A stretch of 64,000 bases of DNA from a virus. Location: IMG/VR virus record IMGVR_UViG_3300032316_000329, positions 1 to 64,000 of that record. One strand, 5' to 3'. The notes under the pieces were generated by a model, which did no database searches, was not told the origin of the DNA, and was given only the letters and a program-made list of their open reading frames with translations. Position 1 is the stretch's first letter, and every line of letters begins with the position of its first letter. The translations under genes and the position numbers were made by a program. Of this stretch, positions 34,774-43,991 are shown in pieces.

Positions 34774-36411
34774 ATGTCAGTAGATTACATAGTCAACGAA
34801 CACCAAATTTTACCGGAGGGTAATGTTAGGGGTTCAGCAGTATTCGATGTTACAATGGTGGCCACCTCCGATGGGCAACTCGTTACAAATACTAATCCTC
34901 TACCCGTTACCCTCGGCAACTCAGCTATTCAAATTACCTCTAATAATGTCAATGTTACTGTTCCAAATACTATTACGGTAAACTCATCAACTAATGATCC
35001 AATTCACGTTCATATTACTGAAGTCGGGGCAAGCGGTAATCTACAGTTTTCTTACATGCCTATTGGTGGTAACGTCAGTATCTTCCAAAGCACAGGTGCT
35101 GCTATCAATACAGCAAATCCTCTACCGGTCACCGCTGCTATTACAGGCACAGTAACCTCCACTCCAGTAGCAGGCGCATCTGATGCTTTTGGTAGGTTGA
35201 GAACCTCAGATGGATTTACTCTTGGTGACTATAAACACACATATGGTATTGATCCAAACTTCATTGATGAATTTGGTCCTGGTGCTAATGTCATTCACAT
35301 ATCTAATCAAGCAGCAGCCAGATTATCAACAAACAATAGCCCAAGCAGTTATGCTATTCACCAGACGAAACAATATCACAACTATATGCCTGGTAAAAGT
35401 CAGCTAATCAAATCAACAATCAATTTCTATAATGCTACTGCTAACGTAACAAAGAGAACCGGTTACTTTGATGCTAACAATGGTATCTACTTTGAGCAAG
35501 CAGGCAATAGCACATTAAGTCTGGTTATTAGATCGGATACAAGTGGCACAATCACAGAACGCAGAGTACCACAAGCACAATGGAATATGGATACTTGTAA
35601 TACATCCATCACTGGTACTGTAACAGGTAACGTTGGTAGTTTTAATCTTGATATCAGCAATACACAAATCTTCTGGACCGATTTTCAATGGCTCGGTGTT
35701 GGTCGTGTAAGAACAGGTTTCGTACATAATGGTAATCTAATTGTAGCACATGAGTTCTATAACAGCAATTTCTTACCAACCGTTTATATGAGTAATCCTA
35801 ATCTACCAGTTCGTTGTGAGATTAGAAACACTGGTGCCACCACTGGTGCTTACTTTGACCAAATTTGTGCCACTGTTATTTCAGAAGGTGGATATGTTGA
35901 GAGTGGTATTGACTGGGCTATTACAACAGGTAGTGCGGCACAATCAGTAACAACAGCAAGCGGTAACTATCCTCTTATAGCAATTCGTCTAAAGAATAAC
36001 TTTAGAACATATCCAAACAGAGTTACCGTTCGTATGGGCAATATAAATGTGTATGCTGAAAACTATCCAGCATATTGGAAACTTATTAAGTTAGCCAATA
36101 CTGCCGGTATAACGCTTGCTAACACAACATGGATTAGTGCTGATACCGACTCAGCAGTTGAGTATAATCTAACAGGAACTGCTATGGTGGGTGGTGATGA
36201 GATGGATAATGGTATTGTTGGCACAAGCAGTCCTGGTGGTTCCGCTAAAGGTACAGGAACATCACCTGTCAATAATCCAAGTAGTGCCAAGAAAAACTTT
36301 ATTGCTCAAAACATCGCATCATCCAACTCTGAAATATATGTAGTTGCTATTCAAGCGATTGGCGGAACATCCGATGTATGGGCAGGCATTCAATGGAGAG
36401 AGATTTACTAA
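34774..36411 (+). CDS. Virion structural protein (lectin-like beta sandwich)
   Basis: Late promoter 34742; repeated NPLPVT; DAFGRLRTS, YMPGKS, WLGVGRVR. Confidence 0.65.
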   Translation: MSVDYIVNEHQILPEGNVRGSAVFDVTMVATSDGQLVTNTNPLPVTLGNSAIQITSNNVNVTVPNTITVNSSTNDPIHVHITEVGASGNLQFSYMPIGGNVSIFQSTGAAINTANPLPVTAAITGTVTSTPVAGASDAFGRLRTSDGFTLGDYKHTYGIDPNFIDEFGPGANVIHISNQAAARLSTNNSPSSYAIHQTKQYHNYMPGKSQLIKSTINFYNATANVTKRTGYFDANNGIYFEQAGNSTLSLVIRSDTSGTITERRVPQAQWNMDTCNTSITGTVTGNVGSFNLDISNTQIFWTDFQWLGVGRVRTGFVHNGNLIVAHEFYNSNFLPTVYMSNPNLPVRCEIRNTGATTGAYFDQICATVISEGGYVESGIDWAITTGSAAQSVTTASGNYPLIAIRLKNNFRTYPNRVTVRMGNINVYAENYPAYWKLIKLANTAGITLANTTWISADTDSAVEYNLTGTAMVGGDEMDNGIVGTSSPGGSAKGTGTSPVNNPSSAKKNFIAQNIASSNSEIYVVAIQAIGGTSDVWAGIQWREIY

Positions 36412-36481
36412 GGTTGACAACTATATATTTGGAGTATATAATGGACGAAACAGTTGAGGAAGACTTTGATGTTGGATGTTA

Positions 36482-37162
36482 ATGAAAACTTTTAATCATG
36501 TAAACACCCAAAAATCTTTATGTGAACTGAATAGAGAAGAATATAATGGAAAACGATACTATGTCTCTCCAAACGGCATCAAATTACCATCCGTCACAAC
36601 TTTTTTATCGCATTTCAAAGGCGACTCCATCCTCAAATGGAGGAAAAAAGTGGGGGAAGAAGAAGCGAATAAAATATCAGCAAGAGCAAGTAGAAGAGGT
36701 ACAAAATTTCATTCGCTTATGGAATCTTATATCTCTAATCAGGAAAGGGATAGTTTTCTGAATGAAAACGTGATGCCTGATATGGTTCAGGCCTTTAATC
36801 AGTTTATTCCTATTCTTGACAGGGTTGATAATGTTCACTATTTGGAAACTATGCTCTATTCTGAAACACTCGGTCTTGCTGGCCAAGTGGACTGTATTGC
36901 CGAGTTTGATGGTATTCCTTCTATCATTGACTTTAAAACTTCTCTAAAACCTAAGAAAGAGGAATGGATTCTCAATTACTTTGAGCAATGTACCTGTTAT
37001 TCTTTGATGTATGAAGAAATGACTGGTGTGCAGGCCAAACAGATTGTGGTTCTTATATCAGTAGACCATGAAGAACCGCAGGTGTTTGTTAAGAGTCGTA
37101 GAGAATACATTCCTGAACTGGCCAATAAGGTCAAACAGTTTAAATCGGAGCATAATTTATGA
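36482..37162 (+). CDS. PD-(D/E)xK exonuclease (RecB/Cas4-like)
   Basis: LPSVTT, RGTKFH, AGQVDCIA, IIDFKTS, Q..CY; promoter TTGACA-17-TATAAT at 36414. Confidence 0.85.
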   Translation: MKTFNHVNTQKSLCELNREEYNGKRYYVSPNGIKLPSVTTFLSHFKGDSILKWRKKVGEEEANKISARASRRGTKFHSLMESYISNQERDSFLNENVMPDMVQAFNQFIPILDRVDNVHYLETMLYSETLGLAGQVDCIAEFDGIPSIIDFKTSLKPKKEEWILNYFEQCTCYSLMYEEMTGVQAKQIVVLISVDHEEPQVFVKSRREYIPELANKVKQFKSEHNL

Positions 37163-37275
37163 AATACTTCCTACTAATAATGGTGTTTCTTTGTCTTGGC
37201 TTGTCTGGTTGCCATGAAGCCCTCGTCATCGGTGATTGCGCTATACGGGGTTCAACTAAAAATCCATGCAAATAA
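37159..37275 (+). CDS. 38-aa lipoprotein
   Basis: MKYFLLIMVFLCLGLSGC lipobox; SD GGAG. Confidence 0.55.
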   Translation: MKYFLLIMVFLCLGLSGCHEALVIGDCAIRGSTKNPCK

Positions 37276-37380
37276 TGGTTCAACAGACCATCGTGGTGTT
37301 GCTGCACCACAAATGGAAGAGTTTGAGAACCAAGTAGAATAAACTTGCCAAAAATTTCAATATATGTTATAAATATATCT

Positions 37381-37620
37381 GCTTAGGTCGTTGAGAGACG
37401 TAGAATAAGCGGAAGAGACCTCGGGGCGGTACCGAGCGGGTCCACCATAAGCACATTAAGGTATGTTTAATTGGGCCCGAAATAGGATTGATCTACGTGG
37501 TAAAGGCGTAAGGAGACCGAAAGCAAACGTTAGGTGCCAACGATAACATTGCACCATTTGATATTGCTCTAGCAGCATAATCATTGGGCTGGTGACTTGC
37601 CTAGAAACAGAAAAGTCACA
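37381..37620 (+). ncRNA. ssrA: Circularly permuted two-piece tmRNA
   Basis: Acceptor piece ends CGGGTCC-A-CCA (37447); coding piece starts GGGCCCGAAATAGGATTGA (37473), giving G3.U70; tag ORF 37536-37580 ANDNIAPFDIALAA*. Confidence 0.9.
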
Positions 37621-37702
37621 CCTTTTCCATCACTGTGTTTTACCGCACATGCAAAATTGACTCTTCCATACTAAATAATTTTGTAAGAAACAGGAGAGAG
37701 TT

Positions 37703-37804
37703 ATGATTACCTTACTAAAAACCACCTTGACAGTTCTAGTAGTTTCTGCTATAATCTTTCCTGTAATGACACTTGCCGCACACGCACAAGTCATTTTCTG
37801 CTAA
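37703..37804 (+). CDS. 33-aa hydrophobic late peptide
   Basis: SD AGGAG, late promoter 37670; contains the sigma70 promoter (37727-37755) for gp33. Confidence 0.45.
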   Translation: MITLLKTTLTVLVVSAIIFPVMTLAAHAQVIFC

Positions 37805-37820
37805 TACATAGGACTATATT

Positions 37821-38045
37821 ATGACAACTGATGAAATCAATAACTTTTCCATGGCCATAGAGGAACTTGTCTATATGAAGGACGTTCCTTATATTGATGC
37901 AATTGTTATGTATTGTGAAGAAACAGGATTTGAAGTTGAAATGGCCGCCAAACTGGTCTCTGGTGTTCTAAAATCCAAAATTAGAATTGAAGCGGAAGAC
38001 CTTCACTATATCGCAAAGTCAAACACCTCAAAACTACCAATCTAA
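37821..38045 (+). CDS. gp33: Late transcription coactivator (gp33-like)
   Basis: FSMAIEELV..YIDAIVMYCE..LKSKIRIEA..KLPI; order 33-59-32. Confidence 0.85.
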   Translation: MTTDEINNFSMAIEELVYMKDVPYIDAIVMYCEETGFEVEMAAKLVSGVLKSKIRIEAEDLHYIAKSNTSKLPI

Positions 38046-38048
38046 ACT

Positions 38049-38660
38049 ATGAAACATTTCACCGGATATGGTGCTTATCTATTGTTCTTGGCATTAAGAA
38101 CCCATTTCACTAATGCCAAGTATGATTTCTTTCAAATGCATGGTAAACTCCGTGCAACAAAGGAGTCTTATATAAAACGCAATGATAAGTCCTTCTTTGA
38201 CAAACTGGCCAGAGATTATTCCTGTGAGAATTTGAGAGACTTTTATGTTGCCAACTTTCTTGAAGATAAACACTATGTAACGGAGTTATTAGATGATACC
38301 GCCGAACGAAACTACCGAGAATATCAGAGAAGAAGGCAGTCCCTCACATATATCTTTACCAGCGAATTGGAGGAGTTATTTGATAGTGGTATTACAAGGC
38401 CTTTTAAATTTAACGATGGCGAGTATCCTGATATTGTCAATCTGTATCTTAGGCATGTCCTCTCTCCCGAAACTCTGGTAATCATAAACGATTTTATACC
38501 CTTTGAGGATAAGTTTAATAAATACCTTAGTGATGATATATTATGGTCTAAGGTATCGTTGAAACTTAGAAAATATAAACCATTCGTTCATTATGATAGG
38601 AATAAGGTGAAATCTATCCTCAAGGAGAAATTACATGATACTAGAGGGAGAAGCATCTGA
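38049..38660 (+). CDS. gp59: Helicase loader (gp59-like)
   Basis: LALRTHFT..YDFF..GK, KRNDK.FF.KL, KYKPF. Confidence 0.85.
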   Translation: MKHFTGYGAYLLFLALRTHFTNAKYDFFQMHGKLRATKESYIKRNDKSFFDKLARDYSCENLRDFYVANFLEDKHYVTELLDDTAERNYREYQRRRQSLTYIFTSELEELFDSGITRPFKFNDGEYPDIVNLYLRHVLSPETLVIINDFIPFEDKFNKYLSDDILWSKVSLKLRKYKPFVHYDRNKVKSILKEKLHDTRGRSI

Positions 38661-38817
38661 TATTTTACATGATTGGGTTAAAAAGCGATATAATATTTTT
38701 TATAAGTATGACGGTCAAAAGGTATTCATGATTGAAATATATGAACCAGCGACAAAACGAACTTACCTACCAAATGAAGAAACAAAATATTTTCTAGAGA
38801 TTATTTTTTCATACTAA
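38635..38817 (+). CDS. Hypothetical protein
   Basis: SD AAGGAG. Confidence 0.5.
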   Translation: MILEGEASDILHDWVKKRYNIFYKYDGQKVFMIEIYEPATKRTYLPNEETKYFLEIIFSY

Positions 38818-38853
38818 ATAACACTTGACAGGGGCCCTGGCCCCTGTTATAAT
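38813..38853 (+). promoter_or_regulatory. Tandem late and sigma70 promoters of gene 32
   Basis: ACTAAATA then TTGACA-17-TATAAT. Confidence 0.8.
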
Positions 38854-38926
38854 ATATCATATTGTTATGGAAACGTGGACAATATAAAACATACAACATA
38901 TACAACGTTTATACAAGGAGCATACT

Positions 38927-39874
38927 ATGAATTTTGCTAATCTCAAAAAGCAGTCCAAAGACTTTGGTAACCTACTAAAAGAAGTGGACAAACTCGCTAA
39001 TCCCACCTACGAAAAGGACGAAACTGCCGACCTTTATTGGAAGCCAACACCAGATAAGACTGGTAATGCCTTGGCGGTTATTCGTTTCCTACCTGGTGCT
39101 GCCGTTGATGGTGATGATGCCCTTCCTTGGTGTCAGTATTGGGATCATGGATTCCAGAACAAGACAACAGGTAAGTGGTATATTGAGAAGTCACTAACGA
39201 CCCTCAACCAGAAAGATCCAGTTTCGGAACTAAACTCACAACTCTGGAACTCCTCGCAGGATGATAATGGTCCTGAGCGCAAGCAGGCCCGTGACCAGAA
39301 GCGTCGTCTACATTATGTGGCCAATGTTCTTGTTATCAACGACCCGCAGAACAAGGGTGCCGAGGGTAAGGTGTTTCTCTATAAGTTTGGTAAGAAAATC
39401 TTTGACAAGATTACCAAGATGATGAACCCAGACCTAGAGTCCGAACAGGCAGTAAATCCATTTGACCTTTGGAAAGGTGCCAATTTTAAGTTAAAGGTTA
39501 CCCGTCAGAATGTCAATATGGGTGGTCGTAATGTATCATTCCCTAACTATGATGAATCGGTGTTCCTAACACCAGGTCCATTAAGTGAAGATGATGCCGA
39601 ACTAGAGCAAATCTGGAAGGCAGAACATTCTCTAAAAGAGATTGTTGATCCTAAGCAATTCAAGACCTATGAGGAATTGAAGAGGCGCCTTGAAGATGTT
39701 ATGGGTTATGGTGCAACTTCTGCACCAGCACCAAAGGCCGCTCCAGTTGAAGAGGAAGCACCTTGGGTAGAAACACCTAAGCCAGTTGCTACCAAGCAGA
39801 AGGCACCTGCGCCTGTTGTTGAGGAAGAAGAGGACGAGGATCTCGCTATGTTTCGTAAGTTGGCTGAGGACTGA
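38927..39874 (+). CDS. gp32: Single-stranded DNA-binding protein
   Basis: DKTGNALAVIRFLP, WYIEKSLTT, FGKKIFDKI, GANFKLK, NYDES.F, acidic tail. Confidence 0.95.
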   Translation: MNFANLKKQSKDFGNLLKEVDKLANPTYEKDETADLYWKPTPDKTGNALAVIRFLPGAAVDGDDALPWCQYWDHGFQNKTTGKWYIEKSLTTLNQKDPVSELNSQLWNSSQDDNGPERKQARDQKRRLHYVANVLVINDPQNKGAEGKVFLYKFGKKIFDKITKMMNPDLESEQAVNPFDLWKGANFKLKVTRQNVNMGGRNVSFPNYDESVFLTPGPLSEDDAELEQIWKAEHSLKEIVDPKQFKTYEELKRRLEDVMGYGATSAPAPKAAPVEEEAPWVETPKPVATKQKAPAPVVEEEEDEDLAMFRKLAED

Positions 39875-39899
39875 GACCTTACAGGATAACTATTGAAGG

Positions 39900-39927
39900 A
39901 GAGGAGCAGAAATGCTCCTCTTTTTTT
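39900..39927 (+). terminator. Intrinsic terminator between convergent blocks
   Basis: AGAGGAGCA-GAAA-TGCTCCTCT + T run. Confidence 0.9.
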
Positions 39928-42900
39928 ATAACCCGTTTGTTCCCTGTCCATAATGTCCGTGTAATTCATCTGTTTCGGATTGTGCTGTCGCTCGTTTCAT
40001 GGCACGATACATAGATGGATTCTGGAAGGTTTGTGTATTCTGTTGTAATAAACTGTTAATAAAATTAGGCGAAACTTCTCTATCTTGTGAAACAGTTCTT
40101 TGCTGTGATGCCTCTGCTGGTTTTCCGATATTAGCAAAAGCAGAACCAATCTCTTGTCTCAATTCATTTAATGCACCAGTAAAGTTAGGTGCTTGTTGAG
40201 GTGCACCAATTTCACCACCAATCTTATTAGTTGGAATAACAGTTGCCCTATTATTTTCACCATTAGGTGCCACAATTTCGGTTTGAGGATTAAATGTAAA
40301 TAAAGGTTTCTCTGTCTTGGTATCAACAGCAATAGTGTTATCATGTCCCATATCATTGATAGGATATGCAGCAATTTCACCAGGGGCCTTTACATCTCCA
40401 CCTAATGCTCTTGCCGGTATAGGTTCAACTTTACCAATGCCTTGTGATTTTAGAAAGTTTTGTTGTGAAGATTCATCTGGTTTTCCTTGCTCTCGCGCCT
40501 GTGTTACTGGTGAGATTTCTATTGGCCTCTGTGGAGGTGTTGGTGGTTCTGCTGCCTTAGGAGTCTTTGGAAACTCCGGTTGAGGTTTAGGTGCCTCATG
40601 TGTTGGAGTGCTAGGTTTTGTTTCTGCCGATGCGGTACCATAACCTAATGCGCTTTTTGCCTTCTCAATATAAGATGGTTCAGGTGCTGTGGTAGGTGTT
40701 GGGGTTGGTGTAGGTGTTGGTATAGGCGGTGCAGATGGTGTAGCGGCAGCAACTTGTGTTTGTTGTCTTTCTACCATCATTTTATCATATTCGGGACCAT
40801 GTTTATTGATAATGTTCTGGACATATTGATCGCCAGTCATACCTTTATTAGCAGCCATGGCCTTTGCTGACATTTTACCTGCCGCATTGCCGGTAAAATG
40901 AACCTTTAATACAGTACCAAGATCACCATGTTTCTTATAAAGATCGGTAAGATAGTTTGTCATTACCGCATCTTGTACCTGTCTAGGTGCGTCTCTTGCT
41001 GTTTTATATTCGGTACCAATACCATATTTGTTAGTAACACCTCTCCATGTTTTATCAAGGAACTGATAAGCACCCGATGCACTACTAGTTTTTGATTTGG
41101 CATTATACTTACCTTCAAAAGTATAACTTTCCTGGCGGCGAATGATTGCCATTGTTCTTTCAAGGTCAAAGTTGCCTGTTTTCTGGCGTTCAATTGCCGA
41201 ACGAATTTCTGGAGTCATTTCACCAGCATGTGCAGTACCTACTCCAAACTCTCTTTGTAGTTTTTCACCAACGGATGCGGTTTGTTGCTTGGTTTCTGCT
41301 TCTGCTCTTTTTCCGGTCGAAGGTGTAAGAATATTACTTGTATCCATATCACCAAAAGACTTTAATAACATATCAGGATTTTTAGAAGTTATTTTTCCCG
41401 TTGTAGGATCATAAGTAGTTCCGGTATCTTTCATTATCTTTTTGGTACGGGCATCAGCAAAGAAACCATTTAAAATGGTATCATCAGGTACAGCACTGGC
41501 AAAAATACCAGCTTGACTTTTAAAGTCATCGGTTTGTCTAATAGAACCGATTAACGCCGAACGATTAAGGTCAAACGATTGTGGACCTTCAGATTTCTTT
41601 TCAGGTTTTTCTACGGCAGCTGTTTCACCAGTAGATTCTTTTTTAGTTGGTGCAACGGTTTCCGGTTTATCACTTGCATTTTTTTCACGGTTTGTCACTA
41701 TTTCATCATATGATAAAGGACTTTTTTCTCCTTGATTAAATTCTGTTTGTAATTTTTGAGAAACCGGATTATCAAATTTTGGTTTTTCATTATTAACAAT
41801 AGATTCTTTCTGCTTCTCTACAGCGGCATCTGCGGTCAAAATACCGTCTTTACCTTCAAAAGAAGGTTTACTTGTAATAGATATATGTCCGTCCGGAAAT
41901 ACATTAATATATGCACTTCCATTTTTTTGTCTAAACTGTTCTAGTCTATTCTGAAATTCAGGAAATTCGTCAGGTGGTATAGCAAGACAACCGTGACTGT
42001 ATAATTTTTGAGGATCATTAGTTCTACCCATATGAATAACCATACCATCCCTTTGTCTATTAACTTTAGGGTCATATCCCTGTAAAGATGGTAAATCATA
42101 TCCAACGCCGCCAGGAACATTATGTGGGTGTAATGATGTTACTTCAGAACTGCCAAAAGGCATAGAAGGATAATTAGGATCAGAAGGTGATCCTGATCCA
42201 TAATGAAAAGATGCTGATTCATCACCCTCGAAGGTTATTCTTCCTTGTCTAACCTGTGTTCTTTTTTGTTGTTCTTCTTGTGTAAATCCACTAACTGTTG
42301 CTGTAGAATCTTCAGAAGATTTACTTTTAACAAAATCACTATAGGAAGTAGCAGTCTCGGCTCGTTCAAATGCTTTTGTATCCGTTTGAGCGGGTTTTTC
42401 AAATTGTCTGGTAAATCCCATACTTGCCGCTTTTTCATCACCAAATTTGGTCGACATATATTGTTTCATTTCACCTTCGGTCATAGCAAAATCAATTTGC
42501 TTTTTCCAGTTGGTTTGCCAATCTTCACCAACAAAAGATTTCATGGCAGAAAAACGACTAGCATGATGTTGGAAAAGTCCGCCCGATGTTCCTCCATCTC
42601 CTAAAACACCTGAATTAAAATTTGATTCGTGTCTTATGTTGTTAATAATACCTATGGCATGAGCATGATCCATTCCCGGTTTACTCATAAGATAACTATA
42701 CATTTCTTTAACCATGACCGGATTACTTACTTTTTCACCCATCTTCTCAAGCCAACCACCTTTACGGCGACCGGTTTCTCTATCAATACCTAACTGATCC
42801 GCAACTGCTTGTGATAGTCTCTCTTGCTGTTGTTGAGTTGACCTAGAAACTGCTGCCCGAAAACCACCAACATCTGGTAATGCTTTTTGATAATATTTCG

Positions 42901-43030
42901 GAAACATCAAAGCAAAATCTGTAGGCGTTAATAAAGAAAGCATTGCCTCACCAGCAGGACTGTTAGCAACCTTTAGGCGATTATTTATTGATAGTTTTTT
43001 TAATGCATTAAAAGATGTTTTATCAGCCAT
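39926..43030 (-). CDS. Baseplate hub / tape-measure-like protein with three peptidoglycan-active domains
   Basis: GIINNIRHES..GLFQH (phage tail lysozyme); VIHMG..SHGCL (YkuD/Tlde1-like); RQES..SASGAYQFLDKTW (transglycosylase). Confidence 0.7.
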   Translation of the reverse strand: MADKTSFNALKKLSINNRLKVANSPAGEAMLSLLTPTDFALMFPKYYQKALPDVGGFRAAVSRSTQQQQERLSQAVADQLGIDRETGRRKGGWLEKMGEKVSNPVMVKEMYSYLMSKPGMDHAHAIGIINNIRHESNFNSGVLGDGGTSGGLFQHHASRFSAMKSFVGEDWQTNWKKQIDFAMTEGEMKQYMSTKFGDEKAASMGFTRQFEKPAQTDTKAFERAETATSYSDFVKSKSSEDSTATVSGFTQEEQQKRTQVRQGRITFEGDESASFHYGSGSPSDPNYPSMPFGSSEVTSLHPHNVPGGVGYDLPSLQGYDPKVNRQRDGMVIHMGRTNDPQKLYSHGCLAIPPDEFPEFQNRLEQFRQKNGSAYINVFPDGHISITSKPSFEGKDGILTADAAVEKQKESIVNNEKPKFDNPVSQKLQTEFNQGEKSPLSYDEIVTNREKNASDKPETVAPTKKESTGETAAVEKPEKKSEGPQSFDLNRSALIGSIRQTDDFKSQAGIFASAVPDDTILNGFFADARTKKIMKDTGTTYDPTTGKITSKNPDMLLKSFGDMDTSNILTPSTGKRAEAETKQQTASVGEKLQREFGVGTAHAGEMTPEIRSAIERQKTGNFDLERTMAIIRRQESYTFEGKYNAKSKTSSASGAYQFLDKTWRGVTNKYGIGTEYKTARDAPRQVQDAVMTNYLTDLYKKHGDLGTVLKVHFTGNAAGKMSAKAMAANKGMTGDQYVQNIINKHGPEYDKMMVERQQTQVAAATPSAPPIPTPTPTPTPTTAPEPSYIEKAKSALGYGTASAETKPSTPTHEAPKPQPEFPKTPKAAEPPTPPQRPIEISPVTQAREQGKPDESSQQNFLKSQGIGKVEPIPARALGGDVKAPGEIAAYPINDMGHDNTIAVDTKTEKPLFTFNPQTEIVAPNGENNRATVIPTNKIGGEIGAPQQAPNFTGALNELRQEIGSAFANIGKPAEASQQRTVSQDREVSPNFINSLLQQNTQTFQNPSMYRAMKRATAQSETDELHGHYGQGTNGL

Positions 43031-43248
43031 TATAGCCTTCTTCTGTTTGCGGTACCCATTTGTGCTTTCATTTCTGCTTCACGGTCTTTCATTTGCTGTT
43101 CTTGCTCTCTTAAGTAATCTTGTAATAGGTCTATGTAAATATATCTTTCCCATGGCATCATATTTTCCATTTCACTTAAACTCCACTTATGATGTTGCAT
43201 TAAACCAAAGTTAGTCTTAAAGTGATTAGCAAGATTATCGTGGCCCAT
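43030..43248 (-). CDS. gp51: Baseplate hub assembly chaperone, gp51 C-terminal-like
   Basis: FKTNFGLMQHHKWSLSEMENMMPWERYIY. Confidence 0.8.
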   Translation of the reverse strand: MGHDNLANHFKTNFGLMQHHKWSLSEMENMMPWERYIYIDLLQDYLREQEQQMKDREAEMKAQMGTANRRRL

Positions 43249-43250
43249 TA

Positions 43251-43973
43251 TTAGAAAAAAAAATCATAAAAGTCTGTATACCTCACTCTATGGTGAAATC
43301 CACACTTATTACAGTCTTTCTCTAATACTACGGCAAATGTTGGCATATTATCAACAAACTCTTCCAACTTCCTGAAATTGGCCTCGGTTAGTCCTTCAAC
43401 AAACTCTTTCAATTCATCTTTATTGTAATCTTTAGATGAGTAAACTCCATTCTTATCATAGATGTAATCAATAGAGTTAATAATGGTGTTAATTTTGGCA
43501 TCAATCTCGTTACCAAACTCTATGCGTTTCATAGTGGCATAGTTTGGATATTTCATCTTTACGCCGTTTACACCACCTAATTTAATATCATCAACAATCT
43601 TTTCATCTTTAATAAGGTCAACCTTACCGATATCCATTTCGGCTGGAAAGATATTACCACATTTTTCACCATTTACTTCATTATTACATGTTAAATTTAC
43701 CTCTACGGTTTCTCCAACAGATTTGGCCCTTAAAAAGATAAAAATGTAATCCATATCAAAGAAAGATATTTTATTAATATCCACTTCTCCATCAATAATA
43801 CAATTGTTAATTACTTGCTTTACTGTTGCAATAATATCATCCGCATTTTTGGATTCCAATGCAATCATCAAAAGTTTTTCTTCTTTGACGGTAAAGGGTC
43901 TGACTTTTAATATTCTTTCGTCGGAAGGAACTTTTAATTCGTAAGTAGGCAAATCAATTTTCGGTAAACTCAT
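43251..43973 (-). CDS. gp26: Baseplate hub chaperone (gp26-like)
   Basis: LPKIDLPTYEL, RPFTVKEEK, FLRAKSVGE, MKYP, C-terminal DFFF. Confidence 0.85.
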   Translation of the reverse strand: MSLPKIDLPTYELKVPSDERILKVRPFTVKEEKLLMIALESKNADDIIATVKQVINNCIIDGEVDINKISFFDMDYIFIFLRAKSVGETVEVNLTCNNEVNGEKCGNIFPAEMDIGKVDLIKDEKIVDDIKLGGVNGVKMKYPNYATMKRIEFGNEIDAKINTIINSIDYIYDKNGVYSSKDYNKDELKEFVEGLTEANFRKLEEFVDNMPTFAVVLEKDCNKCGFHHRVRYTDFYDFFF

Positions 43974-43991
43974 TATCTAAACTCCATATTA

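Noticed and set aside
36482-37162. Cas4-like gene as a sign of CRISPR-Cas
   Set aside because: No array or other cas genes, no Fe-S cysteine cluster; a stand-alone exonuclease is routine in T4-like phages
37417-37447. tRNA gene
   Set aside because: Only a T-arm and acceptor 3' strand are present; they belong to the permuted tmRNA
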